From the NCBI GenBank assembly GCA_964510925.1, contig CAZEDS010000004.1, positions 500 to 64,499 on the forward strand: a stretch of 64,000 nucleotides of DNA, in the 5' to 3' direction. This stretch comes from an uncultured Candidatus Saccharibacteria bacterium (GTDB lineage Bacteria > Patescibacteriota > WWE3 > 2-01-FULL-39-13). The translations under genes and the position numbers were made by a program. Below the pieces are notes generated by a model that was not told the DNA's origin, searched no databases, and was given only the letters and a program-made list of their open reading frames with translations. The number at the start of each line of letters is the position of its first letter. Positions within the stretch are counted from its first letter, which is position 1. Shown here one piece after another: positions 1 to 8,146 of the stretch.

Positions 1-12
1 AATACTATTTAT

Positions 13-453
13 GTGAGTATCTGTGGCGAAGGATTAAAAGATTGTTTTTATAAAGATGGCGGACAATATATCCAGATGTTTAGAAAGCCTGAAAGACAAT
101 CTCTCTCAGATGCAATTAAAGAAACATTTTTAAAAAATTATAATGAGTCTGATTGTGTTGTAACTCCAGAATTAAGTCTTCAATTACCTGACAAAGGTGA
201 AAATAAAACAGAATATATTATTTCAAATATTGATGTTGCAAGTTTAGAGACGCTTGAGAACTATGACCAGTTGAATGAACAAATAAAAAAATGCCCAGCA
301 CAATATACAAAAAATAATGGGACTTCATATTTTATAATGTCAAAAAATCATTCTGATCGTTTTTATTTTGTTCGGATTGGACAATATGGAATTCCTGCTG
401 GAGCTGATGCTTCTATTGATGGATTATGGCAAGATAATTTAGAAATCCTTTAA
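13..453 (+). CDS. hypothetical protein; may be 5'-truncated by the window edge or co-transcribed with the ThyA-like gene 21 bp downstream
   Basis: ORF in the track with no recognisable motif. Same strand as the next gene and a short gap to it. Confidence 0.4.
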   Translation: MSICGEGLKDCFYKDGGQYIQMFRKPERQSLSDAIKETFLKNYNESDCVVTPELSLQLPDKGENKTEYIISNIDVASLETLENYDQLNEQIKKCPAQYTKNNGTSYFIMSKNHSDRFYFVRIGQYGIPAGADASIDGLWQDNLEIL

Positions 454-473
454 TAATATGTTTTTGATAAAAA

Positions 474-1949
474 ATGTATTTATACAAAAAAGAAAAGTAT
501 AAAGTTTTAGAAGGTTCTAAAACCAACGCAGTATTATGTACTTGTTGGTTTGACCCATTTATTGTTGAGTCTAAATTTCCACAAATAAAAAAATATTTTT
601 CAATTACAGGAACGCTTTATAGCAAAGAAGGTGTTTCCATTTTGTTGCGAAATTTAGCGTTGAATCCACATATAAGATATTTATTTGTGTGGAGCAACAC
701 GCCACTTTCTAATACCCCTTTTGGTATTGCTGGTAGGGCTTTATTGGATGCTGTTTGGTCCGGGAACTTTGATCCGAATGATATTCACAAAGAAATTGAT
801 CGTGAAATTATAAAAAAAATTACTGACAATGTGGAGCTAATTCATTTTAAAAATGAATCTTTTGAACAATCTTTGTCGATGGCAGATTCTTTTGATAAAA
901 AAAATATCAATGAATATATGGACCCGATCTCCTTTGCTGATCCTGTTCGAGATGAATCAGTCCCATTTCCGTCTGAAAAAGTTGGCTGGCTTGTGCGTGA
1001 AAAATCAATCTATAGAGCTTGGTTAAACGTAGTCGAAAAGGTAATGAGATATGGATCAATAAAACTTACTGAATATGGAAATAACCAAAGAGAGCTTCAA
1101 AGTATTAATTGGATTATTGATAATGAAAGCTTTCCAAATATATATTTGCCTGATTTGGATTCAAAATTAATGCAAATTATTGGATTAAATGAAGAATCTT
1201 TGGCTAAATATAAAGAATCGCTTTTGGATTCCAAAATACCAAATGGTGTGGCATACACATATGGATCTAGGTTACGTTCTTATTTTGATATTGACCAAAT
1301 TGATATTCTTATTAATCAATTTAAAAAGGCGAATATTACTCGACGTGCTGTTGCAATCACCTATATTCCACAAATTGATACCACACATAGTTCTCCGCCA
1401 TGCTTAATTTTTGTACAACTTTTAATCGATGTTGATAATAAGTTGAATCTTTTTGCGTTATTTAGATCTCACGATATTTTTAAAGCGGGACTACCAAATG
1501 CATTTGGACTATTAAGTTTGCATGATTATATTTGTCAAAATTTACAGCTAAAGCGTGGAACACTTTCCATTCAAGATATTTCTTCGCACATATATGAAGA
1601 AGATTGGCAGAATGCAAATGACTTATTAAAATGTCAAAAATGGTCAGACATAAAGATTCAGTACAACGAAAATACAGAAACTGATCCACGGGGTATTGTT
1701 AGAATTTCATTAATGAATAAAAAAATTAATCTTGAGATTGTAAACTCAAACGGAGTTTTGGTTTTTGAAGACACCTCAGAATCTGCACGTGCTTTGATAA
1801 TGCGAATTTCAAAATTAGAATTACTTTCTATTCCAGCTCATCTTGCCGATATTTGTATTGAGCTTGTTAAAGCTGAAATTGCACTACAAATGGATCTTGA
1901 ATATGTGCAAGATCGTTTATTAAAATTCGGTACAGCCACTATAAAATAA
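474..1949 (+). CDS. thymidylate synthase / dNMP hydroxymethylase superfamily protein with a ~175-aa N-terminal extension
   Basis: The C-terminal ~315 aa align by eye to the ThyA core. [10 protein letters not shown] matches [19 protein letters not shown] matches the catalytic APCHAFFQF region, with the Cys retained and His replaced by Leu. [22 protein letters not shown] matches [34 protein letters not shown] matches GDTHLY. The N-terminal 175 aa have no counterpart in ThyA. Confidence 0.7.
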   Translation: [491 protein letters not shown]

Positions 1950-1952
1950 CTT

Positions 1953-3449
1953 TTAGCATTCACCACCATATATAGAAATATTCGGTTGGTTTAACATGCA
2001 TGAATTATTGTTGATCGTTTCGAGATTTTGTTTTTGCATCGATCGTATTCTCATGCATTCTAAACCTAAAAGATTGTTTATAAATGATTTATAAAATGCT
2101 GTAGTTGAACAAAATTTACTGACGTCTCCATTGTTTTCTGCTTTTCGTAGTCTAGGACATCCAAGTCCTCCGTGTAAGAATAGATAGTCAAAACTTTTGC
2201 TATCAAAATAGGTGAGCCCATTGAGATGTTGCATCGTATCCTTATATTTTTCGTTTACGATATCTAAAATATTTTCACCATTTTTTATGCGCTCAAAATT
2301 ATCTTTCATTTGGAATAAATCTTCATGGCATGGAGCTGCTCCTTCTGGGCCACAAGCCACATAATTTATTCCACTACCGCAAGTATATGGGGCAATGCCT
2401 GTTAAATTTATGTAATCAATAACACTTAGGCTTTGTATTGGAACTTTATTTTTTATCATCTGTTTAATTTTAGAGAAACCACGATTGAGTCCTTTCAGCA
2501 TAATAGAATACATTTTTTCAGATAATTCTTTGCTAATTCCACTTTGCGGTCTGAAAAACGCTATAAATACTGTGACCGGATGTTTGTTGCTCCAGTTTTT
2601 CCCGATAAATTTAGGCGAATTGATATCCCACATTGTTTCTATGAATTCTGGAAAATTATGTGCATTCGCAGGTGTTAAAACATAGTTAACGCTGTAATCG
2701 AGTCCGAAATTATCTATTGCTGAAATATTTTTGGTTATTACTTCATATGTTTCCATTTTATTTCTAGGCTTTCTTGAATTGTCTTGGACGCTTCCCGTTC
2801 CCCATAAACTTACGCTTAATGAAATATTATTTTGTTTAAAGAATTGTGCTTTTTTTTCGTCTAAAAAAACGCCATTAGTTAAGACTATTTGCTTAATATA
2901 TAAATTGGGATATTTATTTTTTAGCTCATTAATTTTATCTTGAGCTTGTAAAATTAAATCGTAAGACATTTTTAACAGAGGTTCGCCACCAGCCCATTTA
3001 ATTTTTATAGTTTTCATTTTTTTATCGTTTGCAGATTTTGCGAATGATTCTAGGTATGTTTCTAGTTTTGCTAAGTCTAAAGTTATTGCTTTGTTTAAGG
3101 GAATTCGGTCAATTGAAGTTGTGCATCCTGGGCATGAAAAATTGCATGCTTCTGTTAATTTTACGTACATTTGCGCATTATCTGGATTGTAATCAAGTTC
3201 GATTTTGACTTGCTCGTCATTTTTGTGGATGATTAAATTTTTTTCTAATATCGAAATATGTTTTTTGTTTATGCTTTCAAAATCATCATTTTGAATCGCT
3301 TCAATTGTTTTCCATTCAGCTCTATTTAAAAAATATATTTCGTTATTTATCGGATGGTATAAACCGATATTTTTTTTATTTCCTTTTCGATTAAAATAGG
3401 GCTCATTAATAATTTTTACGCCGTTGAATAGACGATATTCTTGAGTCAT
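1953..3449 (-). CDS. radical SAM enzyme with a C-terminal Cys-rich SPASM/twitch-like domain (putative peptide maturase)
   Basis: ACNFSCPGC is a CxxxCxxC radical SAM cluster motif near residue 100. The C-terminus has clustered Cys (YTCGSGINYVACGPEGAAPC ... GLGCPRL ... KFCST ... LECMR). The start ATG overlaps the stop of the upstream small peptide gene (ATGA). Confidence 0.75.
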   Translation of the reverse strand: MTQEYRLFNGVKIINEPYFNRKGNKKNIGLYHPINNEIYFLNRAEWKTIEAIQNDDFESINKKHISILEKNLIIHKNDEQVKIELDYNPDNAQMYVKLTEACNFSCPGCTTSIDRIPLNKAITLDLAKLETYLESFAKSANDKKMKTIKIKWAGGEPLLKMSYDLILQAQDKINELKNKYPNLYIKQIVLTNGVFLDEKKAQFFKQNNISLSVSLWGTGSVQDNSRKPRNKMETYEVITKNISAIDNFGLDYSVNYVLTPANAHNFPEFIETMWDINSPKFIGKNWSNKHPVTVFIAFFRPQSGISKELSEKMYSIMLKGLNRGFSKIKQMIKNKVPIQSLSVIDYINLTGIAPYTCGSGINYVACGPEGAAPCHEDLFQMKDNFERIKNGENILDIVNEKYKDTMQHLNGLTYFDSKSFDYLFLHGGLGCPRLRKAENNGDVSKFCSTTAFYKSFINNLLGLECMRIRSMQKQNLETINNNSCMLNQPNISIYGGEC

Positions 3450-3550
3450 ATTTTTGTTGTAAAAATATTAACGAATGAATTTTTTAGATCAGGGCAAGCA
3501 CAGTTGCATTGATCATTTTTTATGATTGTGTAAAGTTTTAGTTTTTTCAT
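3446..3550 (-). CDS. small peptide P1 (34 aa, MKKLKLYTIIKNDQCNCACPDLKNSFVNIFTTKI); putative RiPP precursor
   Basis: Manually translated; too short for the ORF track. Its TGA overlaps the rSAM ATG. It shares MKK-KL and the KNxQCxCACP core with paralog P2. Cys, Ala and Pro codons differ synonymously between the two copies. Confidence 0.5.
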   Translation of the reverse strand: MKKLKLYTIIKNDQCNCACPDLKNSFVNIFTTKI

Positions 3551-3609
3551 GTACCTACTATATGGTTTGGTACATGAAAAAACTTGAGTCTAACCTGAGT
3601 GTTCCTGAG

Positions 3610-3714
3610 TTATTTTTTAATTTTGGTAACTTTGATTTTTGAATCTTCCGTATTTGGACATGCGCAATCGCATTGATGATTTTTTACTGGTTTTGTTAAT
3701 TTAACTTTTTTCAT
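3610..3714 (-). CDS. small peptide P2 (34 aa, MKKVKLTKPVKNHQCDCACPNTEDSKIKVTKIKK); putative RiPP precursor
   Basis: It is the C-terminal 34 codons of the 67-aa track ORF at 3610..3813, starting at internal Met34. Paralogous to P1, with the same strand and orientation as the rSAM gene. Confidence 0.5.
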   Translation of the reverse strand: MKKVKLTKPVKNHQCDCACPNTEDSKIKVTKIKK

Positions 3715-3796
3715 ATGACACACATTATTGATATTTTGTTTTGCGGTTGCATTACTGTTTCTTATAACCTCTAGTATTCTTACTTTTTCCTTACTT

Positions 3797-3805
3797 TGGT
3801 ATAAT
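3797..3805 (+). promoter_or_regulatory. extended -10 element (TGgTATAAT) about 12 nt upstream of the ATG at 3818; near-leaderless transcript
   Basis: Sequence tttggtataat read directly. No Shine-Dalgarno between it and the ATG. Confidence 0.3.
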
Positions 3806-3817
3806 ATTGGCAAAATT

Positions 3818-4894
3818 ATGAAAAAGTCGGATGCCTCTAATATAAAGTATAAATTTAACTTAGGAATTGAAGCTGAAATGGTTCAATTTTATCGGGTAGC
3901 TCAAAATGAAAGCGCATTAAACTCAAATCGGGGTTTATTTTATGTTCTTCCATATCTTCCGAAAAGCTACGCCGATAGCCTCAAAACATGTTATTTCCCT
4001 GATCTTTCTTTACAGATAGATTTAAATGATTGGGTAAAGCTGAAAAAGAACAATTTTTATGCATACAATTCTTTGGCGTCGTACAAGAAGATCTTTTCTG
4101 GGTTGGCGGAGCATATGCTTCCAAAATCATATAAACAGAAATTAGTTGCTGACTTTGAATCCAAAAAACAGGGCTTTTTTGAAGATTTTAATAAAATTTT
4201 TGGTAAAACAGAGTTTCCGTTCTCAGAAATAGAGATCAACGTGATTTCGACTGGAACATTTGCTTCATACGATTATAAAGATAATAAAAAGCTTGAGCTA
4301 TATATTCGTGGAGATATGGCAGTCGATTTTATTTTTGAGCTTGTATTAACTGGATATCTGAGAAGAACTTATATCGACCATAAATTGAATAAAATTGATT
4401 ACGAAAATTTTGCGAACATTAATGAATGGATTGAGACAGAAAGTATTTCTGATTTTTTGATGACTGAAACAATTCTAAATAAATATTCAAAGAATTTTGT
4501 TCCGACTTTAAAAATTGTCACTGCAATTAATAATGAAGAATTGTTTAATGAATCACAAGCCTATCGTGAAAAACTGGGATTTGATACTTCTGTTAATAGT
4601 CGAATTTTAATTGATATGAATAAGAATCTTTGTTACAACAATAAGCCAATTGTTGGTTTGACTTTGCATGAGAAAAAAGTTCTTATGCTTCTTTCAGATA
4701 ATATCAATAGCACAATTTCTTATGAACGAATTGCAGAAGCACTTTGGGGACAAAATTATATTGAAAAATTCTCATTAGTTTATATAAATAAATTAATTTT
4801 TAGTGTCAGGCAAAAGCTAAAATTAAATCGATTACAAAATTTGAAAATCGATACGTTGCGAAGCTCTGGCTATATCTTGAGAAAAACAAATTAA
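3818..4894 (+). CDS. DNA-binding protein with C-terminal OmpR/PhoB-type winged helix (Trans_reg_C-like), no receiver domain; the N-terminal ~270 aa are unknown
   Basis: C-terminus LTLHEKKVLMLLSDN...ISYERIAEALWGQ...IDTLRSSGYILRK fits the OmpR wHTH pattern. The track ORF starts at 3728, but the first 30 codons overlap the P2 promoter region and are AT-rich hydrophobic filler. Internal Met31 at 3818 is preferred. Confidence 0.6.
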   Translation: MKKSDASNIKYKFNLGIEAEMVQFYRVAQNESALNSNRGLFYVLPYLPKSYADSLKTCYFPDLSLQIDLNDWVKLKKNNFYAYNSLASYKKIFSGLAEHMLPKSYKQKLVADFESKKQGFFEDFNKIFGKTEFPFSEIEINVISTGTFASYDYKDNKKLELYIRGDMAVDFIFELVLTGYLRRTYIDHKLNKIDYENFANINEWIETESISDFLMTETILNKYSKNFVPTLKIVTAINNEELFNESQAYREKLGFDTSVNSRILIDMNKNLCYNNKPIVGLTLHEKKVLMLLSDNINSTISYERIAEALWGQNYIEKFSLVYINKLIFSVRQKLKLNRLQNLKIDTLRSSGYILRKTN

Positions 4895-4904
4895 GCTAAA
4901 TACT

Positions 4905-6005
4905 ATGAAGATACATTCTGATTTAGATTATCCATTACTGCCAGAGACTTTGATTTCGATGGCTGAAAAAATTTCGAAATCTTCTGATGCCGGTCAATCA
5001 ATTTCATTTGTATTTGAAAAGGATATTGGGGGAGAACGTGCGTTACTAAGTTTTATTTATGATAATCGTGAATCAAAAGATTTTCAGAGATTTTTCAAAG
5101 ATAAGCTCGTATATAAATTTGATTTTTCGAATTTGCTTGAATATTCATTGGTAGGGTTTTTTTATGAGCTAAACAAAATTTTAAATCCTGGTGAAACATT
5201 GCCATATGAAAAATCTTCGATTGATTTTCTTCAATTGAAAATAAGAGACTCAATATCTAAAAATGTTGAAGCTGGGATACAAACAATTATTTTTATGCCT
5301 AAAGTTGATTCAATACCAAATTTTGATCAGTTGTATGGAAACCAATTAATGAATGTGTGGCGCTTAGATATTAACAAGCAAAAAATTGTATTCGTTTTCT
5401 CGATGGAAAAACATAAATATCAAAATTTTATTAATGAAAAAAGTGGTGATCTTAAATCTGTTTTGTTACAAAATCTTAATTTTATAGATAGATTTTCAGA
5501 AGAGGATATTAAACATAGTATTGAATATTGGCTTAAAAAGCTTGATTTTCAAATTGATCAAGAAGAATTTCGTTTAATTGTAAATTTGTCTGAAGGCTCA
5601 GCATATAAATCAAAATTACTTACTCAACATGTTGCTCAATTTCCTAAGCTTGGAAAAAATGAATTGGAACTTAAATTAAAAGAATTATTAAAGATAAGAT
5701 TTGAATTTTCAAATTCAAATGCAAAGCTCAAAATTATCGATGGGAATGTTTTTTTAGAAAACAAAAAATTCGAGGGAATAACTTCAACCGAATCTGATTT
5801 ATTGAAATTGTTTATTAATAACGAAGACACTGTGGTGAGTCGTGAAATGATTGCGGATTTATTATGGGGTAAAGAAAAATATGAGAAATATTCTGATTGG
5901 GCAATAGATAAACATATTTCAATTATAAGAAAAAAGTTAGAACAAAACTCGCTTGATGCGCATATCGAAACTATTAAAGGTTCTGGTTATAAGTTTTCTC
6001 AATAA
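4905..6005 (+). CDS. DNA-binding protein with C-terminal OmpR/PhoB-type winged helix; N-terminal domain unknown
   Basis: C-terminus SDLLKLFINNEDTVVSREMIADLLWG...HISIIRKKLE...IETIKGSGYKF matches the OmpR wHTH pattern. It lies 10 bp after the previous gene. Confidence 0.6.
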   Translation: MKIHSDLDYPLLPETLISMAEKISKSSDAGQSISFVFEKDIGGERALLSFIYDNRESKDFQRFFKDKLVYKFDFSNLLEYSLVGFFYELNKILNPGETLPYEKSSIDFLQLKIRDSISKNVEAGIQTIIFMPKVDSIPNFDQLYGNQLMNVWRLDINKQKIVFVFSMEKHKYQNFINEKSGDLKSVLLQNLNFIDRFSEEDIKHSIEYWLKKLDFQIDQEEFRLIVNLSEGSAYKSKLLTQHVAQFPKLGKNELELKLKELLKIRFEFSNSNAKLKIIDGNVFLENKKFEGITSTESDLLKLFINNEDTVVSREMIADLLWGKEKYEKYSDWAIDKHISIIRKKLEQNSLDAHIETIKGSGYKFSQ

Positions 6006-6007
6006 TC

Positions 6008-7474
6008 ATGAATGAACAAGATTCTAATGCTGAAACATTAGAGTATGATGAATATTTTGATTTAAATTTAATTCCTTCAGCTTTACTTAAAGATGCTGAT
6101 ATTGTTATGAAGCCATTTGAGTTTGGCGGCATAAATGAAACTTCACTTTTAACATATTCGCTATCGAAAGTGCTGGAGGCTAATGATAAAAAATTTTTAG
6201 AATTATCGGAAAATCCATATCATACAGTATCTTTAAACAGAGAAAGAGGTGGAATTGTATTAAGAATACAAACTCTTTTATCTGATTTACAGGAATCAAC
6301 TCAATGTGCATTTTTTATCGTAGGTGGTGCTGCCAGATCTTTGATGTCTCCAAATGATGAAAATCAAAGATTTAATGATTTGGATATTTGTATGATGCCA
6401 ACAAAATTTCAGAGTCCCGTTGATTTTATAAATTCAATTCGAAAATTTTTTTCAAGTCATCCAGCTATAAAATTGACGGCTCCTGAATATTCATATAATA
6501 ATTCAGTTTATCAAAATTCGTTTCCTCCTAATTTATCGACATTTCCAACATATTCAAAATATGAATATAATAAAAACCATACATTCGTAGGAGGCCTTCG
6601 TCCATCTGTTCGTAATGGCAATAATGATATAGAGATTAGACATGCAAGAGTTATACGTGTTTATCAAAAACATAATTCGCAAGCGATTAAGATTGGACTT
6701 TCAAAATATAAATATGATCGTAATGATAACTATATCTGTGTTGAGCTTGATTCTCCTAATTTTGAAGATGATTTTTGTGTTCCTCCAGTTTTTTTAGATC
6801 CTGAAAATCCATATTCAGTTGTGTTAATGCCAAATGGTCAGATTCTATCTTTAGAGATAAAACGTGATAAACCAATTAATACAGGTAATTTTAGTGCGAA
6901 GGATCAGTTTACATTTGCTACGAGAATTTTTTCAAAGCAAATCCCATTGATGAAGGTTCGTGAATCAGATCTTGGTACTTCATTTCCTATTGCAAGGTTA
7001 GAGAATGTAGAAATGGTTTTTAAAAATCAATTTCATGAGTTATTCGATCCTCAAAATGCTAAGGATTTAAATTTATGGAATTTTAATATTGCCATGAAGA
7101 TGCAAGAATATTTTGCTAAAAGTTTTAATGCTAATCCTGAAATTTTTAAATGTATGCTAACCCCTGAATTTTTTAACTATATGTGGAATGTTTTTCCAGG
7201 CTTAACAATGAAAATTGGACCTCATGTTGTAAAAGATTTTAATATGCAGTTCCCGAGATCAAGTACGACAAAACTTAGTGATGTTTATAAGTGCTTGTAT
7301 TATTTGTGGTACACAAAAGGGAAAACTTCTCCGATGTCAAAATTCATTAATTTAATTCCCGGTGTAGCTGATGAAATTGAAAAACTACAAGCTCGGAACA
7401 CAGGTCTGTGGAGCTTTGGATTTAATCATTTGGCATATGTTGAGAATAAGCGTAGACAAGCATCTAAAACATGA
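6008..7474 (+). CDS. hypothetical protein with a Pol-beta-like nucleotidyltransferase motif (GGAARSLM...NDLDI)
   Basis: FFIVGGAARSLMSPNDENQRFNDLDICM resembles the GG-x-R-D-x-LL ... D-x-D head motif of the CCA-adding/poly(A) polymerase family, with an insertion. The rest is unrecognisable. It begins 2 bp after the previous gene. Confidence 0.35.
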   Translation: MNEQDSNAETLEYDEYFDLNLIPSALLKDADIVMKPFEFGGINETSLLTYSLSKVLEANDKKFLELSENPYHTVSLNRERGGIVLRIQTLLSDLQESTQCAFFIVGGAARSLMSPNDENQRFNDLDICMMPTKFQSPVDFINSIRKFFSSHPAIKLTAPEYSYNNSVYQNSFPPNLSTFPTYSKYEYNKNHTFVGGLRPSVRNGNNDIEIRHARVIRVYQKHNSQAIKIGLSKYKYDRNDNYICVELDSPNFEDDFCVPPVFLDPENPYSVVLMPNGQILSLEIKRDKPINTGNFSAKDQFTFATRIFSKQIPLMKVRESDLGTSFPIARLENVEMVFKNQFHELFDPQNAKDLNLWNFNIAMKMQEYFAKSFNANPEIFKCMLTPEFFNYMWNVFPGLTMKIGPHVVKDFNMQFPRSSTTKLSDVYKCLYYLWYTKGKTSPMSKFINLIPGVADEIEKLQARNTGLWSFGFNHLAYVENKRRQASKT

Positions 7475-7486
7475 TTTTTTAGAAAA

Positions 7487-7495
7487 TGGTATACT
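7487..7495 (+). promoter_or_regulatory. extended -10 element (TGgTATACT) giving a ~230-nt leader for the RRM protein gene
   Basis: Sequence aatggtatact read directly. A long untranslated gap precedes the GTG start at 7730. Confidence 0.25.
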
Positions 7496-7729
7496 TTGCT
7501 CAGAACTCTGACAGTGTTTGAAGTATCGAAGTTCCATTTTTTTGCTTTACGTTGTAAGTGCAGGTAATTTGGTCAACTCCGTTAAGTTTTAAGAAATTAA
7601 AATTTATTGGATCCTTCATATTTCCCATCTAAAGAGTGAGTGTGAATCCGTCTTAAAAGGCGGTTTCAAGCTGTTTTAGACTAAAAACTAGAATAGCGAA
7701 GTTCAATTATTTAGGAGGTGAATTTTTAA

Positions 7730-8047
7730 GTGACCAAATTATACGTTGGAAATCTTCCTTACAAGATTACTTCAGAAGACCTAAAGCAAATGTTCTCCGC
7801 ATATGGAGAAGTAACTGCTACAGTCATTATGGACAAAATGTCAGGTAGATCAAAAGGCTTCGGCTTTGTTGAACTAGACGATGCTGTTTCAGAACAGGTT
7901 ATATCTGAGATGAATGGCAAAGACATGGAAGGCAGAGCTCTCGTTGTTAATGTCGCCAGACCTATGGAAGACAGACCAAAGAGACCTTTCGATAATAACA
8001 GAGGCGGCGGCCGATCAGGCGGCAGCTTCAGCAGAGATCGTTATTAA
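7730..8047 (+). CDS. RRM-domain RNA-binding protein with Gly/Arg-rich tail
   Basis: LYVGNLPY (RNP2) and KGFGFVEL (RNP1). GTG start with AGGAGG 11 nt upstream. The C-terminus is RGGGRSGGSFSRDRY. Confidence 0.85.
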   Translation: MTKLYVGNLPYKITSEDLKQMFSAYGEVTATVIMDKMSGRSKGFGFVELDDAVSEQVISEMNGKDMEGRALVVNVARPMEDRPKRPFDNNRGGGRSGGSFSRDRY

Positions 8048-8121
8048 ACATTAGATAGGACTAGTATCTGCCTTTTGGTTAGATACTGGTTTATCTTGGT
8101 TTTGAGATATCTCTAGAAAAA

Positions 8122-8146
8122 GGCCCACGAAAGTGGGTCTTTTTTG
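8122..8146 (+). terminator. rho-independent terminator (GGCCCAC-GAAA-GTGGGTC plus T7)
   Basis: Hairpin plus U-run immediately after the RRM gene. Confidence 0.6.

Noticed and set aside
3574-3642. plus-strand 22-aa ORF MKKLESNLSVPELFFNFGNFDF between P1 and P2
   Set aside because: Its ATGAAAAAAC start is simply the right arm of the 15-bp inverted repeat, mirroring the P1 start. There is no conservation signal and the orientation is opposite to the cassette.
3610-3813. 67-aa ORF-track call containing P2
   Set aside because: Only the last 34 codons (from Met34) are paralogous to P1. The upstream 33 codons overlap the divergent gene and its promoter.
3728-3817. 30-codon hydrophobic N-terminal extension (MIFCFAVALLFLITSSILTF...) of the first wHTH gene in the ORF track
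   Set aside because: It overlaps the promoter/5' region of peptide P2 and consists of AT-rich Phe/Leu/Ile codons. An extended -10 lies inside it, followed by an ATG at 3818. A genuine N-terminal TM anchor cannot be excluded.
6008-7474. CBASS-type cGAS/DncV-like nucleotidyltransferase call for the NTase-motif protein
   Set aside because: Only the GG...DxD head motif is visible. No effector, Cap or E1/E2-like genes are nearby, and the rest of the protein does not resemble CD-NTases. Kept as a generic NTase-motif protein.
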